DNA of 24,000 bases from Streptomyces phage Forrest. The position numbers were made by a program, and so were the translations under genes. The notes under the pieces were generated by a model. It searched no databases, had not been told where the DNA came from, and was given only the letters and a program-made list of their open reading frames with translations. Below, in pieces: positions 1 to 7,212 of the stretch. Location of the stretch: sequence record MZ820093.1. The stretch is one strand, 5' to 3'. The stretch's first letter is position 1. Each line of letters starts with the position of its first letter.

Positions 1-276
1 GTGAGTTACATTGTATGGCGAGACCTTCTTGATATGGATGAGAATGACCCGATTTTTGAGCGGGTTAATGGACTAGATGATATCATTGTCCAGAAGTATC
101 AACAGGGTTGGGTAGAAGATGAATTCGGTCAGGGTTGGACGATAGAACAGGCTGAAGAATACATGAAGGAAAAGGGGTATCCCGCCTTCTTCCCCGAGCC
201 TAGTAGCTATAATACTCTGCTTATTCTTGTTCACATGATTAAGAATGGAGAAATTGATATCAATGGGTATCTTTAA
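1..276 (+). CDS. hypothetical protein (may begin upstream of the window)
   Basis: ORF track; GTG at base 1, so the true start is uncertain. Confidence 0.6.
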   Translation: MSYIVWRDLLDMDENDPIFERVNGLDDIIVQKYQQGWVEDEFGQGWTIEQAEEYMKEKGYPAFFPEPSSYNTLLILVHMIKNGEIDINGYL

Positions 277-430
277 GCGAAATGGCTTCAGTAAGGGCCA
301 GAAGGTTTATGTGGTTCGTAAGGCCGAATTTGGTCGTATTGAGCAATTCAAGGACGGACTGATTAAGGTTCGTGGTTTCAAGACTGGTGAGATGTGGGTT
401 CGTGCCTCAGACATTGAGGCAGGAGACTAA
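245..430 (+). CDS. small hypothetical protein, KOW/SH3-like (KGQKVYVVRK..GRIEQFKDGLIKVR); start could also be ATG 263
   Basis: ORF; short beta-rich pattern resembling KOW/SH3 folds. Confidence 0.55.
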   Translation: MEKLISMGIFKRNGFSKGQKVYVVRKAEFGRIEQFKDGLIKVRGFKTGEMWVRASDIEAGD

Positions 431-435
431 CAAAA

Positions 436-447
436 GCCCTTCGGGGC
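436..447 (+). terminator. GCCC-TTCG-GGGC tetraloop hairpin after ORF stop
   Basis: perfect 4-bp stem with UUCG loop directly after the 430 stop. Confidence 0.4.
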
Positions 448-470
448 GTGGAAGTGTGGCTGAGTCCGGT

Positions 471-499
471 TTGCACTTTCTGCTAATTTCTGCTAATAT
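471..499 (+). promoter_or_regulatory. predicted sigma70-like promoter of HNH ORF 506
   Basis: TTGCAC - 17 nt - TAATAT, 6 nt before ATG 506. Confidence 0.6.
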
Positions 500-505
500 A
501 TAAGT

Positions 506-946
506 ATGAAGAGATGCAGAAAGTGCAACCGCACTCCAGAAGAAACACCATTTCCAAAACATCCAAAGTTCAAGGACGGTCTTGACAGTATTTGCAAAGG
601 CTGTAAAGCTGAAAGACAGAGAAATAATTACAATCAGAATAGGGAAAGAATTCTCTCTGGTCAAAAGAGTAGGTATCACGAATCTGGTGGTAGAAAGTAT
701 GACCTAAAGAGAAAGTTTAATATGACTCTAGACGAATATAACCTAATGGAGTCAAAGCAAAATGGTGTTTGCGCAATCTGTGGCGGTAGAGATGAAGATG
801 TTAGTCTCGCAGTAGACCATTGTCATTCAACTGGTATAGTTCGTGGACTACTATGTAGGAAGTGCAATATGGGTCTAGGCTATTTCGATGATGACATTGA
901 GAAGATGACAAAGGCAATTGCATATCTTGGAGAGGCAACCCGATAG
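506..946 (+). CDS. HNH / recombination endonuclease VII-like homing endonuclease
   Basis: CRKC..CKGC, CAICGG, AVDHCHSTGIVRGLLCRKCNMGLGYFDD: endonuclease VII signature. Confidence 0.9.
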   Translation: MKRCRKCNRTPEETPFPKHPKFKDGLDSICKGCKAERQRNNYNQNRERILSGQKSRYHESGGRKYDLKRKFNMTLDEYNLMESKQNGVCAICGGRDEDVSLAVDHCHSTGIVRGLLCRKCNMGLGYFDDDIEKMTKAIAYLGEATR

Positions 947-1015
947 GTGACGGGGGCTCCCTGCTAAGGAGTTGAGGTGTAAAAGCCCTTGCGAGTTCGA
1001 CTCTCGTCCTCTCCG
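929..1015 (+). tRNA. tRNA-Ser (anticodon GCU)
   Basis: acceptor GGAGAGG/CCTCTCC, anticodon arm GCTCC-CTGCTAA-GGAGT, long variable arm, T-arm GCGAG-TTCGACT-CTCGT. Confidence 0.92.
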
Positions 1016-1016
1016 C

Positions 1017-1190
1017 ATGAAAAAGGCACATGATGAATATAATATTTACTGCGATGGTTGCCAAGTTAAACTAATTACTTTTGGTGAATTTGAAGCAGTA
1101 AAATGTCTGGATTGCATTCTAGATGAAAAAGATGAAGACTCTTCAGAAAGAATTGAGCTAACAGAAGAAGAGTGGTACGAAATTACTTAA
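1017..1190 (+). CDS. small zinc-ribbon-like hypothetical protein (CDGC..CLDC)
   Basis: ORF with internal ATG 1017 just after the tRNA; two CxxC pairs. Confidence 0.7.
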   Translation: MKKAHDEYNIYCDGCQVKLITFGEFEAVKCLDCILDEKDEDSSERIELTEEEWYEIT

Positions 1191-1298
1191 ATTTTCCGCA
1201 ACAGAAGTCGGATGGATGCATTCAAGGTGGGCCGACACAACAAGGTAGAGGATGAGTCCTTGTAAGCTACAATGTGAGAGTCTAAAAAGGGAGACGAT

Positions 1299-2366
1299 AT
1301 GACTCACGTTTCAGCAATCTTCCCGGTTGAGGATTTGCAAAAGGCAATTGAGGATGGTTGGGTCAAGGTACGAACGAATGAGGATAACACTCTATCTATC
1401 TATAACTACACTGAAGCCACCCAATACCGTCGCCATTGGGATGATGTAACGCTAAATTGTCGTGGTCTTATTCTCGACAACTACATGCACATTGTTGCCC
1501 GTCCCTGGAAGAAGTTTTTCAATTTCGGTGAGCGACCTCTTCTTTTCAGCACTGACACTCCGGTTGAGGTGACGGACAAGAAGGATGGTAGTCTTGGCAT
1601 TCTTTACCGTCACCCGATGACTGGTGATTATCGAATCGCTACGCGAGGGTCTTTCCTTTCGGAGCAGGCTCTTCATGCAACGGATGTCTGGAATGACAAG
1701 TATTCCCACATTGCTCAGCCGTGGGATGGAGTGACTTTCCTGTTCGAGATTGTGTATCCCGAGAATCGAATTGTTTTGAACTATGGCGAGATGGATGACC
1801 TTATCCTTCTCGGTGCAGTTCACAATCAGTACGGTTGGTACTATGGTCCGAATGAGGCTGCGGGGATGCTCAACTGGACTGGTCCGGTCACGGAGGTTTT
1901 TGAGTACCGAACCACGAACGACTGCTTCAAGGTCCATCGCTCAAATGCTGAGGGTCTGGTAATTCGGGCGGGCAGCGAGATGGTCAAGATGAAACAGGAG
2001 GACTACGTAGCTTTGCACAAGCTGGTTACGGGTCTTAATGAGCGAGCAGTCTGGGAGCGCTTGAAGGATGGCGAGAGCCGTGCTAGTATCTGTTCAGCAC
2101 TACCGGATGAGTTTCACGACTTTGTTGACAGGGTTGCAGATGACCTAGAGGCTGAGTTCAAGGAGATTTACCACAGCTCACACGTGGACTACTGTAAGAT
2201 TCTGAACAAGATGCCTGGCAAGTCTTCTATGGCTCGGAGCGAGTGGCGAAAGCTATTTGCTTCGTATGCGACAAAGATGCCCAATTATGACCTTATCTTC
2301 AACTACTTGGACAACCGTCCGGTTGCTGAGTCGATTTGGAAGATGATTCGTCCGAAGGGTGAGTAA
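1299..2366 (+). CDS. T4 Rnl1-like RNA ligase
   Basis: nucleotidyltransferase motifs TDKKDGSLGILY, FEIVYPENRIVLNYG, EGLVIRAG..VKMKQEDYV. Confidence 0.88.
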   Translation: MTHVSAIFPVEDLQKAIEDGWVKVRTNEDNTLSIYNYTEATQYRRHWDDVTLNCRGLILDNYMHIVARPWKKFFNFGERPLLFSTDTPVEVTDKKDGSLGILYRHPMTGDYRIATRGSFLSEQALHATDVWNDKYSHIAQPWDGVTFLFEIVYPENRIVLNYGEMDDLILLGAVHNQYGWYYGPNEAAGMLNWTGPVTEVFEYRTTNDCFKVHRSNAEGLVIRAGSEMVKMKQEDYVALHKLVTGLNERAVWERLKDGESRASICSALPDEFHDFVDRVADDLEAEFKEIYHSSHVDYCKILNKMPGKSSMARSEWRKLFASYATKMPNYDLIFNYLDNRPVAESIWKMIRPKGE

Positions 2367-2525
2367 TTAAATGTGGTCCCTGATTCCCCCAGCATATCTG
2401 TTACTTGGAATTGCTGGGGGTTCTTGGGTTAACTTGTCATTTTGGTCTGGTCTACTGACACTATGTGTGGTAGGTTGGGTTAAGTCAAGCTAACCATTGC
2501 GTGCTGGTCCCGCAAGCTTGGAGGT

Positions 2526-2798
2526 ATGATGGATTACGAAAAGATTATTGATGGATATAATGACCTTCGTGAAACATGTCTTGTCATCGCTAAGCTTAAT
2601 GATGAGCTGATGGGTCCAGACAGATGGTTGAAGTTTGCTATTCAGGACTCAGACATCACATTGATGTTTACAGAGCGAGGCGTTGTGTGTTATGGTAGTG
2701 CTTACACGACACAGACGATGGACAACGAACACTTCAGTTTCATGATTCCGTTCGAGTATCTAGAGGAGTTTGAGGCAAATGCTAGAAATGGTGATTAA
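2526..2798 (+). CDS. hypothetical protein
   Basis: ORF with RBS GGAGG upstream. Confidence 0.7.
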   Translation: MMDYEKIIDGYNDLRETCLVIAKLNDELMGPDRWLKFAIQDSDITLMFTERGVVCYGSAYTTQTMDNEHFSFMIPFEYLEEFEANARNGD

Positions 2799-3198
2799 TC
2801 GGGGGATTCCCGGAAGCGGTAAGTCCACGTATGCTCGAAAGTGGGTCTTGACGCCTGGTACACGACGTGCTAGGGTTAATCGTGATGACATTCGGAAGCA
2901 GCTTTATGGAGTTGATTTCGGGGTTCCGATTGAAGAGACTGTAGTTACGGCAATTGAAGACCAGATGATTCACACTCTCCTTGCAGAGGGAGTCTCGGTT
3001 ATCGTTGACGACTGCAATATTTCACAGAAGTACATCAACAGGTTCATCAAGATTGCTGAGCAGTATGGTGCAGAGGTGAGTGTAAATCTCATCAATGTTG
3101 ACCTTCAGACGGCAATCAACAGGAATCAGGGCCGTGAGCGTTTTGTTCCTGTTAATGTAATTGAGCGGATGTACAGGCAGCTTCAGGAGTCTCTGTGA
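2779..3198 (+). CDS. P-loop kinase, polynucleotide kinase-like
   Basis: INRGIPGSGKSTYAR Walker A, RVNRDDIRKQLYG, VIVDDCNIS; start among ATG 2779/2788, overlaps previous gene. Confidence 0.85.
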   Translation: MLEMVINRGIPGSGKSTYARKWVLTPGTRRARVNRDDIRKQLYGVDFGVPIEETVVTAIEDQMIHTLLAEGVSVIVDDCNISQKYINRFIKIAEQYGAEVSVNLINVDLQTAINRNQGRERFVPVNVIERMYRQLQESL

Positions 3199-3392
3199 TG
3201 TTTTTGGGTATTCTTGGCGCGTTGCTTGTGACATGGTTTCTTGCCGGGTTCTTCCTTGCAGGTATTTGGGCGGGAATGGCGTCATCAATGTGGTACGATA
3301 GACTGATTGGATGGCTGGTTAGCGCTGGTTGTTTCGGTCTTTGGTACTGGATTGTAGGGACCCATATTAACTGGGGAGGTTTGATTAAGTGA
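3195..3392 (+). CDS. small membrane protein
   Basis: ORF, hydrophobic; start GTG 3195 or ATG 3198. Confidence 0.65.
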   Translation: MMFLGILGALLVTWFLAGFFLAGIWAGMASSMWYDRLIGWLVSAGCFGLWYWIVGTHINWGGLIK

Positions 3393-3610
3393 ACATTCCT
3401 GAGGCGGATTACTTTGACAACATTGAAGTAATGCCACACGAAGAGGATTTCACAATGTGGAAGGTGGTTGGTGTCAGAGTTGATATTGACCATGTTAAGA
3501 TGACCACTCTTAAGGAGTATATTGCCAACAAGCCTCTTGCGGAAGCGTTCGTAAGATGGTACACTGATAAGTATTGGTCGGACATGCTCAATGGTGCACA
3601 AGACTGCTGA
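3389..3610 (+). CDS. hypothetical protein
   Basis: ORF with 4-bp overlap to upstream gene, GTG start. Confidence 0.65.
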   Translation: MNIPEADYFDNIEVMPHEEDFTMWKVVGVRVDIDHVKMTTLKEYIANKPLAEAFVRWYTDKYWSDMLNGAQDC

Positions 3611-3615
3611 GCAAC

Positions 3616-3636
3616 TGCGGCTTCGGCCGCAAGCTT
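3616..3636 (+). promoter_or_regulatory. TGCGGC-TTCG-GCCGCA hairpin + AAGCTT
   Basis: perfect 6-bp UUCG hairpin merging into AAGCTT. Confidence 0.6.
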
Positions 3637-3664
3637 GACAGACTATTACAAAGTCTGTTATGAT
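3635..3664 (+). promoter_or_regulatory. strong sigma70-like promoter upstream of tRNA-Leu
   Basis: TTGACA - 18 nt - TATGAT, with dyad ACAGACT..AGTCTGT in the spacer. Confidence 0.75.
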
Positions 3665-3676
3665 TGATAACATCAA

Positions 3677-3761
3677 GCCGGTGTGGCGGAATTAGGCAGA
3701 CGCGTTGGTCTTAGGAACCAATGTCCCCCGTGGCGTGCAGGTTCGAGTCCTGTCACCGGTA
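3677..3761 (+). tRNA. tRNA-Leu (anticodon UAG)
   Basis: acceptor GCCGGTG/CACCGGT, anticodon arm TTGGT-CTTAGGA-ACCAA, T-arm GCAGG-TTCGAGT-CCTGT. Confidence 0.93.
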
Positions 3762-3793
3762 CTTTAATCGTTGATACGAGGGAGTTAATTAGA

Positions 3794-3964
3794 ATGGCAA
3801 AGTTTAGCATTGGTAAGAAGGTTACCACTTCTGATGGTCATAAGGGTGAGATTATTTTCACTGATTCGGCCCGCAAGAAGGTTGCGGTTAAGATTACCGA
3901 GCCAGGTGGCCCCGGAGCAAGTAGGGGCGACGAGCGGGTTTATGGCGAGAAGGAAGTTCGCTAA
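3794..3964 (+). CDS. small KOW/SH3-like hypothetical protein
   Basis: MAKFSIGKKVTTSDGHKGEIIFTDSARKKVAVKI; internal ATG after tRNA. Confidence 0.7.
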   Translation: MAKFSIGKKVTTSDGHKGEIIFTDSARKKVAVKITEPGGPGASRGDERVYGEKEVR

Positions 3965-3970
3965 AAAGTC

Positions 3971-3994
3971 GGCGGGGTTCGCCCCGCCAAGCTT
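3971..3994 (+). promoter_or_regulatory. GGCGGGG-TTCG-CCCCGCC hairpin + AAGCTT
   Basis: perfect 7-bp UUCG hairpin followed by AAGCTT and AGGAGG RBS. Confidence 0.7.
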
Positions 3995-4005
3995 AGGAGG
4001 TCATA

Positions 4006-4125
4006 ATGGCTAAGAGACCAAGAATGAATTCTCCTGTTAGAATCACAAAACCAAATAACGCAATCAACAGGAGATACAAGAACGAACTTGATATCATCTT
4101 TGATATCAAGATGGTCACAGGGTGA
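4006..4125 (+). CDS. 39-aa hypothetical protein
   Basis: AGGAGG RBS then ATG; short ORF MAKRPRMNSPVR..MVTG. Confidence 0.55.
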   Translation: MAKRPRMNSPVRITKPNNAINRRYKNELDIIFDIKMVTG

Positions 4126-4270
4126 CCGAGTGGTTGTCGCAGTTGGACAGCACAAGGGCAAGCATGGTACGGTGAAGCTATTCGCCATGAAGCACAACTA
4201 CTTGGTGCTTCTTGATGGCGAAGAGAGGCCAAGACAGTTTCACAAAGGTGCACTAGACCCAGAGAAGTAG
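4088..4270 (+). CDS. KOW-motif-like small protein (start uncertain)
   Basis: GDRVVVAVGQHKGKHGTVKLF resembles KOW motif. Confidence 0.55.
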   Translation: MISSLISRWSQGDRVVVAVGQHKGKHGTVKLFAMKHNYLVLLDGEERPRQFHKGALDPEK

Positions 4271-4279
4271 GAGATTAAA

Positions 4280-4444
4280 ATGGGCAGAGGCGGAATGAGT
4301 CCAGTTCCACCATCAGCTAAGTACGCCGTTAAGTGTGATAAGTCAAACACTGGTAAGCATAAGCCACAGACTTACGAGGGTAAGTTTGATGGAAAGCCTA
4401 TCAAGTGGAAGGCTTGCACAGAGTGCGGTTTTACGCTAAAGTAA
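4280..4444 (+). CDS. 54-aa hypothetical protein with C-terminal CTEC
   Basis: hand-translated ORF MGRGGMSPVPPSAKY..ACTECGFTLK with GTAGGAG upstream. Confidence 0.65.
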   Translation: MGRGGMSPVPPSAKYAVKCDKSNTGKHKPQTYEGKFDGKPIKWKACTECGFTLK

Positions 4445-4466
4445 TACCAAGGCCCTTCGGGGTCAC

Positions 4467-4538
4467 GCCGGGTTAGCTCAGTGGGAGAGCGTCTGCCTTA
4501 CAAGCAGAGGGCCGGGGGTTCGAATCCCTCACCCGGTA
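4467..4538 (+). tRNA. tRNA-Val (anticodon UAC)
   Basis: acceptor GCCGGGT/ACCCGGT, TCTGC-CTTACAA-GCAGA, T-loop TTCGAAT. Confidence 0.95.
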
Positions 4539-4662
4539 CACTATTCTCTTGAAGTCCCAGCATTAGCAGAGAGAAGGCCATTGGCGTCTGGCAGCGCTCG
4601 AATGGTACCTTGTGGGTAGTAACCACTTGGGAGGGGTTGAGCCTAGGGCTATCTCCCAACAT

Positions 4663-4747
4663 GGCCGCATGGCGGAATTTGGCATACGCGATAGTCTCAA
4701 AAACTATTGTCCGAAAGGAATTGAGGGTTCAAGTCCCTCTGCGGCTA
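4663..4747 (+). tRNA. tRNA-Leu (anticodon CAA)
   Basis: acceptor GGCCGCA/TGCGGCT, ATAGT-CTCAAAA-ACTAT, T-arm GAGGG-TTCAAGT-CCCTC. Confidence 0.92.
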
Positions 4748-4771
4748 CTTCCCGAAACAAAAAGGAGAACA

Positions 4772-4987
4772 ATGATGCAGTTTACTCAGGTTGACGAAGA
4801 TGCTTTTGATGTTCGTGTGAATCTCAACACGATTTCCCGAATTGGTGAGGCTTTTGATGCTCTTGTCGGTTCTGGAAATGCAGATGAGCGCGATGAAGTT
4901 CTTCGTAGGTCTTTCAATGGCGCTTATGCCAAGTTGACTCAGTCTGACGCTGAAGAAGTTGAAGAGGCCGATTCCGGTCTTGAGTGA
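4772..4987 (+). CDS. hypothetical protein
   Basis: AAAGGAG RBS, ATGATG start inside the longer ORF. Confidence 0.7.
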   Translation: MMQFTQVDEDAFDVRVNLNTISRIGEAFDALVGSGNADERDEVLRRSFNGAYAKLTQSDAEEVEEADSGLE

Positions 4988-4991
4988 CCTT

Positions 4992-5009
4992 GCGGCCCTC
5001 CGGGGCCGC
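4992..5009 (+). terminator. GCGGCCC-TCCG-GGGCCGC hairpin followed by TAGCTTTTT
   Basis: perfect 7-bp stem and T-rich tail. Confidence 0.65.
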
Positions 5010-5034
5010 TAGCTTTTTGAGAGAGGGTGGAAGA

Positions 5035-5259
5035 ATGTCCAAGTGGATTCAGCCGGGACACCGGATTATGGACAAGGCGTATTTGCGTCACGGCCGAGTG
5101 ACATACACTGGCGAACAACTTGTGCTAGCATTGTTGCTACACACCAAGGGTCGAACCAAGCGAGGCTCAGGAGAGCTTGAGCAGGTAGCTAAGATGCTTA
5201 ATGACCCGAATGTAAATCGAAAGAGGAAGAACCCCCGTAGGAAGCCTAAGGCAGCCTGA
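5035..5259 (+). CDS. basic hypothetical protein
   Basis: internal ATG (MSKWIQPG) within ORF 4984-5259. Confidence 0.65.
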   Translation: MSKWIQPGHRIMDKAYLRHGRVTYTGEQLVLALLLHTKGRTKRGSGELEQVAKMLNDPNVNRKRKNPRRKPKAA

Positions 5260-5287
5260 CGGGGGTTTCCCGTTTAAGGAGATAATC

Positions 5288-5641
5288 ATGGCACAAATCA
5301 TTATCAACCGTTCAGATTCTAGATGTGGTAATTGTGGTAAGCCAGCCTTTATGGAAGAGAATGGGCATTACACAATTGCTGGTTACAAGGACAATGGAAA
5401 GCCGGGTTGCGGAGAAAATTGGGATAGTGTAGGCTCTGACTATCTCGACATTCCTGAGATGGTTGCTTCCAGTGACCAAGGTTACTGGTTTGCAGACAAT
5501 TTGCGGGGGCTTCCCGTTTATGATGCAGCACATACAGAGTCGATTGGAGTTTATGGTGGTCCGTCAAGAAAGGATGCGGAAGTGTCAGCGCTGCGGCGTC
5601 AGGCGGATATCTCCGTTTCTAGAGACGACAATTTGCGGTGA
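5288..5641 (+). CDS. hypothetical protein with CGNCG motif
   Basis: ORF with AAGGAG RBS. Confidence 0.75.
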   Translation: MAQIIINRSDSRCGNCGKPAFMEENGHYTIAGYKDNGKPGCGENWDSVGSDYLDIPEMVASSDQGYWFADNLRGLPVYDAAHTESIGVYGGPSRKDAEVSALRRQADISVSRDDNLR

Positions 5642-5726
5642 ATGCAAGGCACTCGATATCATTGGAGAGATAAGAAATGGCGGATTGGTACAGGGACCAC
5701 AATGTGAGTCCGGAAGCAGTGAGTGA
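5574..5726 (+). CDS. small zinc-ribbon-like protein (CQRC..CGEC)
   Basis: ORF portion starting MRKCQRCGVRR, overlapping upstream CDS. Confidence 0.55.
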   Translation: MRKCQRCGVRRISPFLETTICGECKALDIIGEIRNGGLVQGPQCESGSSE

Positions 5727-5841
5727 CGAAGAGTATCGTGACTGGCTTGCTGTGAACGTAGGGGTTGAAGAGGCAGAGCGCTTCTGGTACGGTGTTGAAG
5801 ACGCAGAGTTCCTAGGGGATGATGATGGCTGGACTTCCTAA
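5719..5841 (+). CDS. 40-aa acidic hypothetical protein
   Basis: hand-translated VSDEEYRDWLAVNVGVEEAERFWYGVEDAEFLGDDDGWTS with GTG start overlapping neighbours. Confidence 0.45.
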   Translation: MSDEEYRDWLAVNVGVEEAERFWYGVEDAEFLGDDDGWTS

Positions 5842-6058
5842 GAAGATGTATTACGTGCTTATCAAGCCTGGCGGTAAGCCTCTCGGATATGGTAAAAAGG
5901 GTGGTGGAACATACACCATCGAGAAGAACGCACGTGGACAGTATGAGCATCTGAAGTCTCAGGGATGCAAGGTTGAACTTTACACTACCGAAGTTAGCTG
6001 GGACATGCTAGAGTCTAATGTAAATGACCCAATCGAAGGGCAGGAACCACTATGGTAA
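5819..6058 (+). CDS. hypothetical protein
   Basis: ORF; several possible ATG starts 5819-5825. Confidence 0.65.
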   Translation: MMMAGLPKKMYYVLIKPGGKPLGYGKKGGGTYTIEKNARGQYEHLKSQGCKVELYTTEVSWDMLESNVNDPIEGQEPLW

Positions 6059-6537
6059 CGTATGTCAAGGGTGATGCTACTAAGCCTCAGGGTGATGGTA
6101 AGAAGATTATCGCCCATGTTTGTAATGATGAGGGCGGATGGGGAGCAGGATTTGTTCTCGCTCTTGATAGGATGTCACCGTTGCCGCGCATTTCTTATCT
6201 CCAGGAATACAAGTATTGGACCAAGAATGAGGGTCTGACTTTCATCCCTCTTGGCCTGATTCAGGTTGTTAGCGCTGGACATGCAAATCCTGATGTTGAG
6301 GTTTGCAACATGATTGCTCAGCACCGAACAATTCGAAATGTTCCAAAGCCTATTTGTTACAAGTCTCTTGAGGTTGCTCTCACCCGACTTGCTGAGGAGG
6401 CTATTGAAAAGAATGCTACGGTTCATATGCCTCGCATCGGAGCAGGATTGGCCGGTGGAGATTGGAATGTCATTGAGTCCATTATTAATAGGACTCTTAC
6501 TCTACGAGATGTAAGCGTTACAGTTTACGACCTTTAG
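6052..6537 (+). CDS. macro domain protein (Poa1p-like)
   Basis: KGDATKPQGDGKKIIAHVCNDEGGWGAGFV and HMPRIGAGLAGGDWNVIESII. Confidence 0.88.
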   Translation: MVTYVKGDATKPQGDGKKIIAHVCNDEGGWGAGFVLALDRMSPLPRISYLQEYKYWTKNEGLTFIPLGLIQVVSAGHANPDVEVCNMIAQHRTIRNVPKPICYKSLEVALTRLAEEAIEKNATVHMPRIGAGLAGGDWNVIESIINRTLTLRDVSVTVYDL

Positions 6538-6554
6538 AATATTCCTCGGTAGTT

Positions 6555-6583
6555 TTGACATATCCCACAACTCATGCTATGAT
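6555..6583 (+). promoter_or_regulatory. consensus sigma70-like promoter of HNH 6590
   Basis: TTGACA - 17 nt - TATGAT, 6 nt before ATG. Confidence 0.85.
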
Positions 6584-6589
6584 TGAGGC

Positions 6590-7084
6590 ATGAGAGTAAC
6601 ACTAACGGCTTCTCAATGGAAGCGTGTTGAGGTTTCCGGTCCAGATGATTGCTGGATTTGGACCGGAGCCAAGACAAATGGGTATGGCTATATTACAGTC
6701 AAGAACAAGGCTGTAAGATTGAGTCGAGTTATGCTAGCCTGGGTAGATGGAATTGCTATCCCGGATAGCGGCAAAATTGTTCTTCATAGTTGTGATAATC
6801 CTGCATGTGTGAATCCATTTCATTTGAGCTGGGGAAGTAACAAGGATAATACTGCGGATATGATTGCTAAGGGTAGGGCTGGTTGGCTATATGGTCAAGA
6901 TAATCCAGCATCCAAGCTATCAGAAAAAGACGCAATTGAAATTCACAGACTAAGGTCGGAAGGCTGGAGTCAGAAAGACATTGCTGAGGAATACTCTATC
7001 AACCAGGGTCAGGTGAGCAAAATTCTATCTGGCAAGCGGTGGCCACATCTTGCGGACTTGCGGGTGGCGACTGGAACGTGGTAG
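6590..7084 (+). CDS. HNH homing endonuclease with C-terminal HTH-like segment
   Basis: DDCWIWTGAKTNGYG, VLHSCDNPACVNPFHLSWGS, WSQKDIAEEYSINQGQVSKI. Confidence 0.9.
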   Translation: MRVTLTASQWKRVEVSGPDDCWIWTGAKTNGYGYITVKNKAVRLSRVMLAWVDGIAIPDSGKIVLHSCDNPACVNPFHLSWGSNKDNTADMIAKGRAGWLYGQDNPASKLSEKDAIEIHRLRSEGWSQKDIAEEYSINQGQVSKILSGKRWPHLADLRVATGTW

Positions 7085-7149
7085 AGTCAATCATCAACCG
7101 AACGCTAACGCTGAGGGATGTTGACGTGACTGTGTATGACCTGCCGTAA
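7054..7149 (+). pseudogene. second, diverged C-terminal fragment of the macro domain gene
   Basis: frame translation GLAGGDWNVVESIINRTLTLRDVDVTVYDLP* matches residues of 6052-6537 C-terminus at 28 of 30 positions. Confidence 0.85.
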
Positions 7150-7156
7150 TTCGGCC

Positions 7157-7181
7157 GGGGTTCGTAAAGAACCCCAAGCTT
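7157..7181 (+). promoter_or_regulatory. GGGGTTC-GTAAA-GAACCCC hairpin + AAGCTT
   Basis: perfect 7-bp stem, followed by AAGCTT and a further GGTTCGTAAAC before AAAGGAG. Confidence 0.65.
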
Positions 7182-7212
7182 CATTGGTTCGTAAACAAAG
7201 GAGAAATAACCA

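Noticed and set aside
801-1064. minus-strand ORF over tRNA-Ser and HNH
   Set aside because: Overlaps a well-folded tRNA and a recognisable + strand HNH domain.
2400-2520. Possible tRNA in the structured gap
   Set aside because: No cloverleaf with a TTCRA T-loop and matching acceptor could be built.
3683-3793. N-terminal extension of ORF 3683-3964
   Set aside because: This part is the tRNA-Leu(UAG) sequence; the credible start is ATG 3794.
4570-4660. Possible tRNA with GTGG-GTAGTAA-CCAC anticodon arm
   Set aside because: Lacks T-arm consensus and acceptor pairing.
4612-4794. ORF MGSNHLGGVEPRAIS...
   Set aside because: Runs through tRNA-Leu(CAA); no domain and a better gene starts at 4772.
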